A stretch of 64,000 bases of DNA from Actinomycetota bacterium (GCA_030645615.1 JAUSNB010000057.1:12384-76383), one strand, 5' to 3'. Shown: positions 46,485 to 57,205, numbered from the stretch's first letter. The notes: generated by a model from the sequence alone, not told the origin. Made by a program: numbers and translations.

Positions 46485-48110
46485 GTGAACCCGACGAGCG
46501 ATTTCCGCAGCCTCGCCGAGCGGATCGTCGACGACCTGCTCGAGGCGGACCCCGTGGCAGCAACGTCGCTCGGGGACCACCGCTTCGATGACCGGCTGAC
46601 TGGCGTCAATGCCCCGGCCGCTCGCCGCGATCGCCTGGACGACCACGTGGCCATGCTCGATGCGATTGACGACGTTGAACTCGGGGTCGCCGACTTCGTG
46701 GACCTGGAGATCCTGCGGGCGCGCGTACTGCGCGATCGCTTCACGCTCGCGGAGCTTCGACCGCACGAGTGGAACCCGATGTGGTGGAACCCGGGGACCG
46801 GCCTGCACTTGCTGGTCTCGCGCGACTTCGCCCCAGCCGACGAGCGAGCGGTCGCGATGCGCGGGCGCCTCGCTGCGATCCCCGATCACCTCGAGCAGGC
46901 GCGGGCGATCCTCCACGAGATGCCTCGCATCCATGTCGAGACCGCCATCGAGCAGTTCCAAGGCACCCGCTCCATGATCCGCGGGGATGCCGCCCTGCTC
47001 GCCGGTGACGACGCGGTCGTGCATGCGGCGGCGGTTGCCGTCGAGCACTTCGAGGAGTGGCTGTCGGCCCAGCTACCGGAGTCCCAGCGGGACCCTCGCC
47101 TCGGCCCGGACCTCTACGCCGCCGCCTTGTGGCATGCGCTGGACGAGGACACAACGGCCGACACCCTGCTGGCCGACGCCCTCGAGCAACTGGACCGAGT
47201 AGGCACGGAACTGCGTGACCTGGCCGCGACATACCTGGGCCTGAGAGAAGCCGATGACGCTGCCGTGCGGGTGGCGCTCAATGAGGTGGCGTCGTCGGCG
47301 CCCGTGACGGATGCCTCGGTCCTGCCGCTGATGGAGGCGGCCCTCGAGCGGACCACCGCCTTCGTCCGTCGGGAGGACCTGGTGACGGTTCCCGATGTGG
47401 AAGTGCGGATGGTGGAGATGCCGGAGATCCACCGGGGCACCGCTGTCGCCTACTGCGACGCGCCCGGCCCCCTTGAGGAGTCGGTGGTGGCCACGTACGT
47501 GGCGGTCGCGCCGACACCCCTGGGCTGGGATGTGGAACGGGTGGCCTCGTTCTATCGCGAGTACAACAGCGTCGCATTGCATGGACTCGTTGTGCATGAG
47601 GCGATGCCCGGCCATGTTCTGCAGTTGGCCCACGCCCGCACCCTCGAGTCAGAGACGCGAGTTCGCCGCCTCGGTCGAAGCGGAGTGTTCGTCGAAGGCT
47701 GGGCGGTGTACGCCGAGCAGATGATGGTGGCCGCGGGCTACCAGCCCCACGACGATCAGCGGAGCGCACTGGCCATCGCGCTGCAGCAACGCAAGATGCT
47801 CCTGCGCGGCATCATCAACACCGTCCTCGACATCAGTGTGCATGCGCGTGGGATGCAGGAGGCGGAGGCCATGTCCTTGATGGTCGACCGCGGGTTCCAG
47901 GAAGTGGGGGAGGCGGCTGGCAAGTGGCGTCGGGCGCTTCTCACCGCAGCCCAACTGCCCACCTACTACGTTGGCTTCCGCGCGGTCGAGACGATCGCTG
48001 CCGACCTCCGGGTGCTTCATCCGGACTGGTCCCATCGTCAGGTGCACGACCTCATGCTCGCGTTCGGCTCGCCGGCCCCTCGTCACTTGCGGGCCGTGTT
48101 GGGCATCTAG
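46485..48110 (+). CDS. DUF885-family protein (putative metallopeptidase-like)
   Basis: 541 aa from GTG 46485. HEAMPGHVLQ motif and the overall DUF885 layout as I recall it. Confidence 0.7.
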   Translation: MNPTSDFRSLAERIVDDLLEADPVAATSLGDHRFDDRLTGVNAPAARRDRLDDHVAMLDAIDDVELGVADFVDLEILRARVLRDRFTLAELRPHEWNPMWWNPGTGLHLLVSRDFAPADERAVAMRGRLAAIPDHLEQARAILHEMPRIHVETAIEQFQGTRSMIRGDAALLAGDDAVVHAAAVAVEHFEEWLSAQLPESQRDPRLGPDLYAAALWHALDEDTTADTLLADALEQLDRVGTELRDLAATYLGLREADDAAVRVALNEVASSAPVTDASVLPLMEAALERTTAFVRREDLVTVPDVEVRMVEMPEIHRGTAVAYCDAPGPLEESVVATYVAVAPTPLGWDVERVASFYREYNSVALHGLVVHEAMPGHVLQLAHARTLESETRVRRLGRSGVFVEGWAVYAEQMMVAAGYQPHDDQRSALAIALQQRKMLLRGIINTVLDISVHARGMQEAEAMSLMVDRGFQEVGEAAGKWRRALLTAAQLPTYYVGFRAVETIAADLRVLHPDWSHRQVHDLMLAFGSPAPRHLRAVLGI

Positions 48111-48326
48111 CCCGATTCGTGTGTCAGTGCCCTTCCACGGGGGCTGGTCACGGAGATGGGTTCCGGCCGATCCCGCGGACGCCGACGCTCCTCGGCGGTG
48201 GCGGCATGCTGTCAGGCGGTCGCTCAACCGGGCGCAGTGATTTCTCGGGGGTGACCCGCGAAACCGTTGTGGATCAACGGTTTGCGTGCTGGGTCGACTG
48301 TCAGAGGCATGTCATAGCTTGTCGAC

Positions 48327-49688
48327 ATGACCAGCACCCCGGACATCCTGAGCGGAACCGTGGGTGATCTGCTGGCTTTCGTGGCTTCAATGGAGCCCGG
48401 TCCTTTCGCGCAGTCGATCCTGCTAGGGATCGATGCCATGACCTTGTCGCCTGAGGATGCCTTGGCCTACACCCGGGAACACCGCCGGGTCGCGTCGTGG
48501 TGGGCATCGCTGGAAACCCGGGCGCTCGTGGCGGCGGCGTCGGGGCATCGGCGGGTGGAGGAGATCCTGGTCCTGGACCCGGTGAGCGACTCCGAGCGGA
48601 CGGTGCGGATCGCCGATGCTGTGCGGGAGGAGATCGCCGCAGCCCTGCGGCTATCGCCGGTCACGGCGCAGCAGCGGATCGACACCGCCCGGCTGCTCGC
48701 CGGCCCGTTGCGTGCGACACACGCGGCGTTGGCCGCCGGAGAGGTCAGTCCCTCCCACGTCAGCGTCATCGTCGAGGCCGCGGCTCGCCTCGACGGCGTG
48801 TGGGAGGCCGACGGCCCAAACGCGGACACGTTCCGGGAGTCCTGCGCCGCGTTGGAGGCCCGGGTGCTGCCCGTCGCCCGCCGCTCCACCCCCGGCATGA
48901 CCCGCGCCGCGGCCCGCCGCGCGGTCCTGGTGGTCGACCCGCACGGGGCCCGCCGCCGCAGGCAGGCCGCCCGCTGCACCCGGGACGTCCGGGTCATCGA
49001 CGAGCCCGACGGGACCGCCGTGCTGCTCGCCCGCATGGCCACCGTCGACGCCCACGCCATCCTCGCTGCCGTCAACCACCACGCCGCGCAGGTCGATGCA
49101 CCGACTGTCGGGGAGGCCCGCGCGCAGGCGTTGGCCGACCTCGTGCTGGGTCGCGACGAGACCCGCACCGAGCCCGGCCAGGCGCCGCTCGGCGTGCACC
49201 TGGACGTGGTGATCGACCTGGCCACCCTGCTGCGCCTGCGCGAGGACCCCGCCACCCTGCACGGATCCGGGCCGATCGCCGCGGACGAGGTCCGCGACCT
49301 CATCGCCGGCCTCCCCGCCGAGGCAGCCCTGACGATCCGCCGGCTTGTCGCCGACCCGATCACCGGCCACCTCCTGGACGCCGGCCGGCGCACCTACCGC
49401 ATCCCCGGCCACCTACGCGCGTTCATCACCGCCCGCGACCACACCTGCCGGTTCCCCGGCTGCGCCCGCCGCGCCGACCGCTGCCAGGTCGACCACGCCA
49501 CACCCTGGGACGACCACGGCACCACCAGCCCAGCCAACCTCGGCGCACTGTGCACGCGGCACCATCAATTGAAGACCCACGCCGGCTGGCAGATCACCCA
49601 ATCTGCCGCCGACGGGTCATGCACCTGGCACTCCCCCATGGGCCACACCTACCCCCACGCACCCCCCGACATCCGCGGCAGCGGATAG
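48327..49688 (+). CDS. DUF222 / HNH endonuclease protein (REP13E12-type)
   Basis: The C-terminal HNH signature is TCRFPGCARRADRCQVDHATPW...NLGALCTRHHQLKTHAGW. The long Ala/Arg-rich N-terminal DUF222 region is typical of this actinobacterial selfish-gene family. Confidence 0.85.
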   Translation: MTSTPDILSGTVGDLLAFVASMEPGPFAQSILLGIDAMTLSPEDALAYTREHRRVASWWASLETRALVAAASGHRRVEEILVLDPVSDSERTVRIADAVREEIAAALRLSPVTAQQRIDTARLLAGPLRATHAALAAGEVSPSHVSVIVEAAARLDGVWEADGPNADTFRESCAALEARVLPVARRSTPGMTRAAARRAVLVVDPHGARRRRQAARCTRDVRVIDEPDGTAVLLARMATVDAHAILAAVNHHAAQVDAPTVGEARAQALADLVLGRDETRTEPGQAPLGVHLDVVIDLATLLRLREDPATLHGSGPIAADEVRDLIAGLPAEAALTIRRLVADPITGHLLDAGRRTYRIPGHLRAFITARDHTCRFPGCARRADRCQVDHATPWDDHGTTSPANLGALCTRHHQLKTHAGWQITQSAADGSCTWHSPMGHTYPHAPPDIRGSG

Positions 49689-49731
49689 CTGGCGTCCCCT
49701 CAGCCCGCACGCCACGCCTTAGGCTCGGTCG

Positions 49732-50898
49732 GTGGCCGACTGGCAGCGCATCGATGCGGCAACGGCGGACCTGCCTGCGCCCCTGGCCGCGGTCGACATG
49801 GCCGCGCTCACCGCGAATGCCGATGACCTCGTCCGCCGGGCCGGTGGCACGCCCATCCGCATCGCGACCAAGTCCGTGCGGGTGCGTGGGCTGCTCGAGT
49901 GGGCCCTGGCCCGACCCGGCTTCCAGGGACTGATGGCGTACGCGCTTCCCGAGGCCATCTGGCTCGTGCGCAATGGAGCGACCGACGTCCTCGTGGCCTA
50001 TCCCACGGTCGACCGGGACTCGCTCGCGGACCTGCGCGCCGATCCGGCCCTGGCCTCCGCGATCACCGTGATGGTCGATGATCCCGAGCAGCTCCGGCTC
50101 ATCGCGAGCGCGCCCGGTGCCGGGCAGGTCCGGGTCTGCCTCGACATCGACGCCTCCCTTCGGCTGGCGCGCAGCCACCTCGGCGTGCGCCGATCGCCGG
50201 TGCATTCCGTCAGCCAGGCCGTCAACGCCGCCCGTGCCATCGTGGCCGAGCCGGCAACCCGTCTGGTCGGGTTGATGTTCTATGACGCGCAGATTGCGGG
50301 GATGCCGGACACGGGCGCAGACGTGCGTGCCATGAAGGCCGCCTCGGCGCGCGAGCTGCGGCATCGCCGGCCGCGCATCGTCGAAGCCGTGTCGCGGCTG
50401 TCCACGCTTGACATTGTCAATGCAGGCGGCACCGGCAGCATCGACGTCGTGGCCGACGACCCTTGCCTGACGGAGGTGGCGGCAGGATCGGGACTGTTCG
50501 GTCCCACCTTGTTCGATGACTACCGCGACTTCACTCCGCAACCAGCCTTCGCCTACGCGCTTCCCGTCACCAGGCGGCCGGCCCCCGACATCCGCACCCT
50601 GTTCGGCGGGGGCTACATGGCATCGGGCGAGGTCTCGTCCACCCGGCAGCCCACGCCGGTCTGGCCGGAGGGCCTGCGGGTCCTGCCCCGCGAGGGGGTG
50701 GGAGAGGTGCAGACACCCATCACAGGCACGGCTGCCGCGGCGTTGCGCGTCGGCGACCGGGTGTGGTGGAGGCACCCGAAGGCGGGCGAGGTGTGCGAGC
50801 GCTTCGCGAGCGTGCATCTCGTCGACGTGGCCGATGACGGTGAGGGGAGTGTCGCTAGCGTCCCGACCTACCGCGGCGAGGGCAGGTGCTTCGGGTGA
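49732..50898 (+). CDS. PLP-dependent fold-type III enzyme (alanine-racemase N-terminal domain; D-Ser dehydratase / D-Thr aldolase-like)
   Basis: IRIATKSVRV (candidate PLP lysine) and a TIM-barrel-like N-terminal half. GTG start. Confidence 0.65.
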   Translation: MADWQRIDAATADLPAPLAAVDMAALTANADDLVRRAGGTPIRIATKSVRVRGLLEWALARPGFQGLMAYALPEAIWLVRNGATDVLVAYPTVDRDSLADLRADPALASAITVMVDDPEQLRLIASAPGAGQVRVCLDIDASLRLARSHLGVRRSPVHSVSQAVNAARAIVAEPATRLVGLMFYDAQIAGMPDTGADVRAMKAASARELRHRRPRIVEAVSRLSTLDIVNAGGTGSIDVVADDPCLTEVAAGSGLFGPTLFDDYRDFTPQPAFAYALPVTRRPAPDIRTLFGGGYMASGEVSSTRQPTPVWPEGLRVLPREGVGEVQTPITGTAAAALRVGDRVWWRHPKAGEVCERFASVHLVDVADDGEGSVASVPTYRGEGRCFG

Positions 50899-52199
50899 CT
50901 GCCACCTGGACGAACTGGGCCGGGACGGCCACCGCGACCCCTGCGGCGCTGGCCCGTCCGGAGAGCACCGACGACGTGAGCCGTGCAGTGCTCTGGGCCG
51001 GCGATCGCGACATGCGGGTCAAGGCGGTGGGCAGCGGTCACTCGTTCACGCCCATCGCCGTCACTGACGGCCTGCTCTTGGGCCTGGACCGGCTCGCCGG
51101 CATCGTGGCCCATGACGCCGTGTCGGGGCGGGTGACGGTTCGTGCGGGCACGCGCCTGCACGACCTCAACCGCGAGCTGGCCAGCCGCGGGCTGGCGATG
51201 GAGAACCTAGGCGACATCGACCGCCAGACCATCAGTGGCGCCCTCGCGACCGGGACGCACGGCACGGGGGCTCGTTTCCGGGGGCTCGCGGCATCGGTGC
51301 TCGGCATGCGAATCGTCCTGGCCGATGGGTCCGTCGTGGATTGCGATGCTGAACGAGACCCGACCCTGTTCGAGGCAGCGAGGGTTGGACTGGGAGCCCT
51401 AGGGATCGTCACCGAGCTGACCCTGCAGTGCGTGCCGGCGTTCCTGCTGCAGGCCCGCGAGGAACCCGGGAGCCTCACCGAGACGCTGGCTCGGCTGGAC
51501 GAGATCGTCGCCAGCACCGACCACGTCGAGTTCTACTGGTTCCCGCACACGGACAGGGTGCTGCTCAAGCGCAACCGGAGGCTCCCGCTCGAGGCGGGAG
51601 AGGACCCGCTGTCCCGCTGGCGGGCCTGGCTCGATGACGACTTCCTCTCGAACTCGGTCTTCGAGGTGGTCAACCGGGTGAGCTCCGCCCGCCCTGCGTG
51701 GGTGCCTCGAATCAACGCGATGAGCAGCCGCATGCTGTCCTCCCGGGAGTTCACGATGCCGTCGTTCGAGGTGTTCGCGTCCGAGCGCCGGGTGCGCTTC
51801 CGAGAGATGGAGTACGCGATCCCGCGCGAGGCGGTCATCGACGCGCTGCTGTCGCTGCGGGATTTTGTCGACAGCAGCGGAGTCCACATTCCCTTTCCGG
51901 TGGAGGTCCGGTTCGCGGCGGCGGACGACATCTGGCTCTCGACCGCGACAGGGCGCGAGTCGGCGTACATCGCGGTGCACCAGTACCACCGCATGGACCA
52001 CCGCTCCTACTTCGATGGTTTCGAGGCCATCGCGCGGAGCGTTGACGGCCGACCGCACTGGGGAAAGATGCACGGCAGGTCCTATGGGGATCTGCAGCCG
52101 GCCTATCCGCATCTGGCCGACGCCGTGGCCGTTCGCGACCGGGTGGACCCCGAGCGTCGCTTCGGCAACGATTACCTCGCCCGCGTGCTCGGCTCCTGA
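50895..52199 (+). CDS. FAD-linked sugar-1,4-lactone oxidase/dehydrogenase (ALO/GULO family)
   Basis: Motifs WTNWAG and VKAVGSGHSFT, with a C-terminal ...RPHWGK... ALO-domain pattern. GTGA overlap with the PLP enzyme gene (alternative start 50886). Confidence 0.8.
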   Translation: MTATWTNWAGTATATPAALARPESTDDVSRAVLWAGDRDMRVKAVGSGHSFTPIAVTDGLLLGLDRLAGIVAHDAVSGRVTVRAGTRLHDLNRELASRGLAMENLGDIDRQTISGALATGTHGTGARFRGLAASVLGMRIVLADGSVVDCDAERDPTLFEAARVGLGALGIVTELTLQCVPAFLLQAREEPGSLTETLARLDEIVASTDHVEFYWFPHTDRVLLKRNRRLPLEAGEDPLSRWRAWLDDDFLSNSVFEVVNRVSSARPAWVPRINAMSSRMLSSREFTMPSFEVFASERRVRFREMEYAIPREAVIDALLSLRDFVDSSGVHIPFPVEVRFAAADDIWLSTATGRESAYIAVHQYHRMDHRSYFDGFEAIARSVDGRPHWGKMHGRSYGDLQPAYPHLADAVAVRDRVDPERRFGNDYLARVLGS

Positions 52200-52537
52200 C
52201 CCGGTCGGGCCCAGCGCCACACGGTCCGCGCCGCCCCGTAGCAGGCGGCCGCGATCATGGCGAAGACCATGAATACGACGTAGCGGCTGGCCGTGCCGCC
52301 CGGCGCCCCAGGTCCGCCGAGCAGGGAGTCCAGCACGCTGCCGGTGCCGGCGATGTTCTGCCAGCCGAACCACACGGCCGGGTTGAACACCTCGGTCCAC
52401 GAGGCGTCGCCGATCATGACGAAGCCGGACACAACCTGCTGGACCAGCGCCAGCGCGGCAATGAGGCCCGCCCAGATCCCGATCGGTCCCGCGACTGCCG
52501 ACACGAGGACCGCTGTCGTGACCCGCCCCGCGCGCAT
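52172..52537 (-). CDS. Small hypothetical membrane protein (about 3 hydrophobic segments)
   Basis: From ATG 52537, 32 nt downstream of the NERD-helicase stop on the same strand. High GC3 and TM-like composition. The 3' end overlaps the convergent oxidase gene by 28 nt. Confidence 0.5.
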   Translation of the reverse strand: MRAGRVTTAVLVSAVAGPIGIWAGLIAALALVQQVVSGFVMIGDASWTEVFNPAVWFGWQNIAGTGSVLDSLLGGPGAPGGTASRYVVFMVFAMIAAACYGAARTVWRWARPGQEPSTRAR

Positions 52538-52569
52538 GCTCGAAGCCTGCCGCGCGGGACTGACACGTG

Positions 52570-54252
52570 TCAGCGGGGCGGGACGGCAATCGTCGGCGGC
52601 GGCCACTCGGGGTTCGCTCCGCGGCGCAGGCGGCGCAGGACCTTCTCGCCGACGATCGGCTTGAGCAGTTCTCCCGACCCGACAACGATGAGCAGGTCCC
52701 GCGCCCGGCTCATGCCGGCGTACATCACCGAGCGTGAGTCGATGCCCGGGTGGAAGCCATCCACGGCCAGGACCACGGCAGGACGTTCGAGCCCCTTAAA
52801 TCCGGAGACAGTGGAGTAGAAGACGCCGTCGTTTGCCCAGAGATCCGCCCAGTAGGCGGCCTTGTCATCGCCGAACTGCGCGTGCACCGGATGACGATGC
52901 TGGGTCGTCAGCAGGGCGACGTGCTCGGGCAGCCACCCCCGCCGCTCGACCAGGTCCTCGACGGCAGTGTCCGCGGCATCGAGGGCTCCTCCCGGGGTGC
53001 TCTCGATGAACTCGACGGGGAAGCCCTCGCCGCCCCGAGCCTGCACCTTCGTGGTGATCAGGGGGCGGAAGGTGTCGACGACCTGGTGGGCGTTGCGCAG
53101 GTTCTCGTCCAGCAGCAAGGTCACCAGTCCGACGTCGGGACCGCCTTGCCGGTCGCTGAACACGGACTGCTCGTCGTCGCGAAACACCGCCAGCCGATAC
53201 TGCGGATCCGCTGCGGCCGAGAGAAGTGCCGGCCACCAAGAGTCGGCGAAGTCCTGGGCTTCGTCGATCACGAAGGCGGTGTAGCGCTCCTCGGGGGCCA
53301 ACGCCCGGCCGGCGGCTGCCATCTCGACCGGTGCCCGTTGCTCCCAGAAGTCCTGGCCGTCGCCTTCGGTCGCATGCACTCCCCAGCGGTAACCGAGCTG
53401 GTGGAAGGTGCCGACGAACGCCGGTCGCGCCGCCGAGGGGAGGCTGGCCATGGCACGGGTCGCCATCTCCGCCACGCCGCGGCCATATGACACGAAGCAC
53501 ACGCGCTGCCCTTCCTCTGCCCACCGGCGTGCCTGCTCCATGGCCAGCCATGTCTTGCCGGTCCCTGCTGCGCCGCGCACCTCGAACCGCGGGTTGGCCC
53601 GCACCGCTGCGAGGATCGATGACTGCGCCGCGGTCAACTGGTCGGCATGGCGCAGCCGCGCGGCTGTTCGTCCAGCGATCTCGGCCGGCGCATCCGCCGC
53701 GCCGATCAGAGCACGGACGGCGGCATCGACCCAGCCGGCAGCGGGGATCCCGCACTGCAGCGCCTGATCCCAGAGCCGGTTGTAGATCGTGTCGCGGGCA
53801 AGCTCCAGGCCGTCCTCGTCGATGACGGCTGCGCGTGGGGCTTCCGGTCCAAGGTCGGTGCCCTCGTGGGCGTAGGGGAACGCCAGCACCCAGGTCGACC
53901 GCACCCGGCCTCGGGACCAGTCGGGCCGCTCCTCGAGGTACCTCCTCAGCGCGTAGACGCCCTTCCTTGCCTGCCCAACGGGATCGATGGAGTGAGTCGT
54001 CCTGCCGTCGGACTGCGTCCAGCCGCCCTCGGAGTACCGCACGAAACCGCCCTTCACCTCGATGACGGCTGCGCCGATGTCCGGCATCAGGACGAGGAGG
54101 TCGATCTCGACCTCGCCGGCTTCGCGGTCGGTGAAGCGGACACCGTGCATGAGGACGTCCTCGTCGCGGAGGGTGCTGGCGAGTGCGTCCCACACGATGC
54201 GCTCGGACTCGTCCGCGAAGTCCGGGCTGTGGGGGTAGGTCGTCGCTGCCAT
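52570..54252 (-). CDS. NERD (PD-(D/E)xK-like nuclease) domain fused to a UvrD-like SF1 helicase/ATPase
   Basis: N-terminus: EVEIDLLVLMPDIGAAVIEVKGG. Walker A: GAAGTGKT. Walker B: FVIDEAQDF. Late helicase motifs: STVSGFKGLERPAVVL and VMYAGMSRARDLLIVVG. Confidence 0.8.
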   Translation of the reverse strand: MAATTYPHSPDFADESERIVWDALASTLRDEDVLMHGVRFTDREAGEVEIDLLVLMPDIGAAVIEVKGGFVRYSEGGWTQSDGRTTHSIDPVGQARKGVYALRRYLEERPDWSRGRVRSTWVLAFPYAHEGTDLGPEAPRAAVIDEDGLELARDTIYNRLWDQALQCGIPAAGWVDAAVRALIGAADAPAEIAGRTAARLRHADQLTAAQSSILAAVRANPRFEVRGAAGTGKTWLAMEQARRWAEEGQRVCFVSYGRGVAEMATRAMASLPSAARPAFVGTFHQLGYRWGVHATEGDGQDFWEQRAPVEMAAAGRALAPEERYTAFVIDEAQDFADSWWPALLSAAADPQYRLAVFRDDEQSVFSDRQGGPDVGLVTLLLDENLRNAHQVVDTFRPLITTKVQARGGEGFPVEFIESTPGGALDAADTAVEDLVERRGWLPEHVALLTTQHRHPVHAQFGDDKAAYWADLWANDGVFYSTVSGFKGLERPAVVLAVDGFHPGIDSRSVMYAGMSRARDLLIVVGSGELLKPIVGEKVLRRLRRGANPEWPPPTIAVPPR

Positions 54253-54350
54253 GGGATCAGCCTGTCAGGGACGCCCGGCCCGCGGGTCTTGTCGGCAGAC
54301 CAGCGCCGGAGCAGACTGGCCGCCGCGGGGGTCGGGCGTCAGGAGGACCC

Positions 54351-54653
54351 ATGGCCGACAGGTACGGAACCGTCATGGTGGGCAGGCTCAAGGTCTCCCA
54401 CGAGCAATTCCAGGAAGCGGGGGAGCGTTGGTCGCGCGAGCGGCATCCCGTCGGCTTCCTGCATCAGGACGTCATGCTCTGCGATGACGGCGTCACGTTC
54501 GTCATGAGCGTCTTCTTCGACACCGAGGAGAACTACAAGGCGCTGGCGGACGATCCGGCCCAGGCGGAGTGGTACGAGTCCGTGCTCATGCCCATGCTGG
54601 ATGGCGAGCCGCAGTGGTTCGACGGCCACTGGCGCTCGGCGAGGGAGGGCTAG
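54351..54653 (+). CDS. Small ferredoxin-like (ABM/Dabb-type) hypothetical protein
   Basis: ATG 54351 after AGGAGG. 100 aa. Fold assignment is tentative. Confidence 0.5.
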   Translation: MADRYGTVMVGRLKVSHEQFQEAGERWSRERHPVGFLHQDVMLCDDGVTFVMSVFFDTEENYKALADDPAQAEWYESVLMPMLDGEPQWFDGHWRSAREG

Positions 54654-54675
54654 GCCGCGCCCGTAGAATCCGCGG

Positions 54676-55887
54676 GTGCGGGACTACCTGGAGTACATCA
54701 GGATCCCGGGGGTCAAGCCGCTGTTGTTCGCGTCCACCTTCGGGCGTTTCGCGTACTCGATGGTGTCCTTGGCCGTCTTCTTCCAGGTCGAGGGCGTGAC
54801 CCAGAGCGTCGGGACGGCCGGGCTGGCCGTAGGCATCTCGGCGGGCCTGGGCGCCCTGACGGCAGGACCCCGTGGCCACCTCGTGGACCGGTTCGGCCAG
54901 ACCCGTCCGCTGCTGGCGTTCGTCCCCGCCTATGCGATCAGCTGCCTGCTGCTGGCGACCCTGGGCCAGGGTGCCCTGATGGCCGTGTTGCTGAGCGGGC
55001 TGATCGGGCTCACCGCCCCACCGCTGAACATCAGCATCCGGCCGCTGTGGCTGGACATCGTCGGGCAGGAACGCGTGCGCATGGCGTACAGCGTCGACAC
55101 CGCGTACGCGAACCTGATCATGCTTCTCGGGCCCGTGGTCTCGACCCTCGTGGCACTGCACTTCTCGCCGCGGCTGGCGATCGCCGCCGTGGGCTTCTTC
55201 ATGCTGGTCGGCGGCATGCTGCTGGCGGTCAACCCGCACTCGCGGGCCTGGGTGCCAGAGGCCAAGGATCATGGCGAGCACGGCCTGCTCCGCTCGCCGG
55301 CGATGCGCCTGCTGGCTCTCGAGGGGGCAGCCATGGGCCTGTCCGCCGGCTTCGTCACGATCGGCATCCCGGCCGCGGCCACGTTGTCGGGGCAGCAGGA
55401 ACTGACCGGACCGGTGATGGCCGCTATGGGAGTCGGCGTCATCATCGGGACGATCTGGGCCGGGGCCAAGGCCAAGGACATCGCGCCAGCCAACGGGCTA
55501 CGGGCGTCGACCTTCCTGTTCGCCATCGCGCTGCTGCCGCTGCCGTTCGTGCCGGTGGGTCCGTGGATGATGCTTGTGGTCATGGTCGCTTGGGCGTTCC
55601 TCGGCCCGGCGAACGTGTTCTACCTCGAGACCATCGATGTGGTGCGGCCTCGCGGAACTGCGGTCGCCGCCCTCGGCACGCTGTGGATGATCGAAGGATC
55701 GGCCGCGGCCATCGGGAACGCGGTCGGGGGAAACGTCGCGGTGTGGATCGGCCCCCAGGCGACCCTCGCCCTCGGCTGCTTCTTCGTGATCTTCTCGCCG
55801 CTCATCTTCACGGTCGGCATCCGCGGCGTGCTGAAGCCCACCAGCAGCGCCGCACCTCGGGAGTCTTGGGCGCCGGTCCCCGAATAG
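54676..55887 (+). CDS. MFS transporter
   Basis: 403 aa with about 12 hydrophobic segments in a 6+6 layout. Confidence 0.8.
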   Translation: MRDYLEYIRIPGVKPLLFASTFGRFAYSMVSLAVFFQVEGVTQSVGTAGLAVGISAGLGALTAGPRGHLVDRFGQTRPLLAFVPAYAISCLLLATLGQGALMAVLLSGLIGLTAPPLNISIRPLWLDIVGQERVRMAYSVDTAYANLIMLLGPVVSTLVALHFSPRLAIAAVGFFMLVGGMLLAVNPHSRAWVPEAKDHGEHGLLRSPAMRLLALEGAAMGLSAGFVTIGIPAAATLSGQQELTGPVMAAMGVGVIIGTIWAGAKAKDIAPANGLRASTFLFAIALLPLPFVPVGPWMMLVVMVAWAFLGPANVFYLETIDVVRPRGTAVAALGTLWMIEGSAAAIGNAVGGNVAVWIGPQATLALGCFFVIFSPLIFTVGIRGVLKPTSSAAPRESWAPVPE

Positions 55888-57174
<1,287 letters not shown>

Positions 57175-57205
57175 TCACCTCAGGGTTTCGTGACACGATC
57201 AACGA

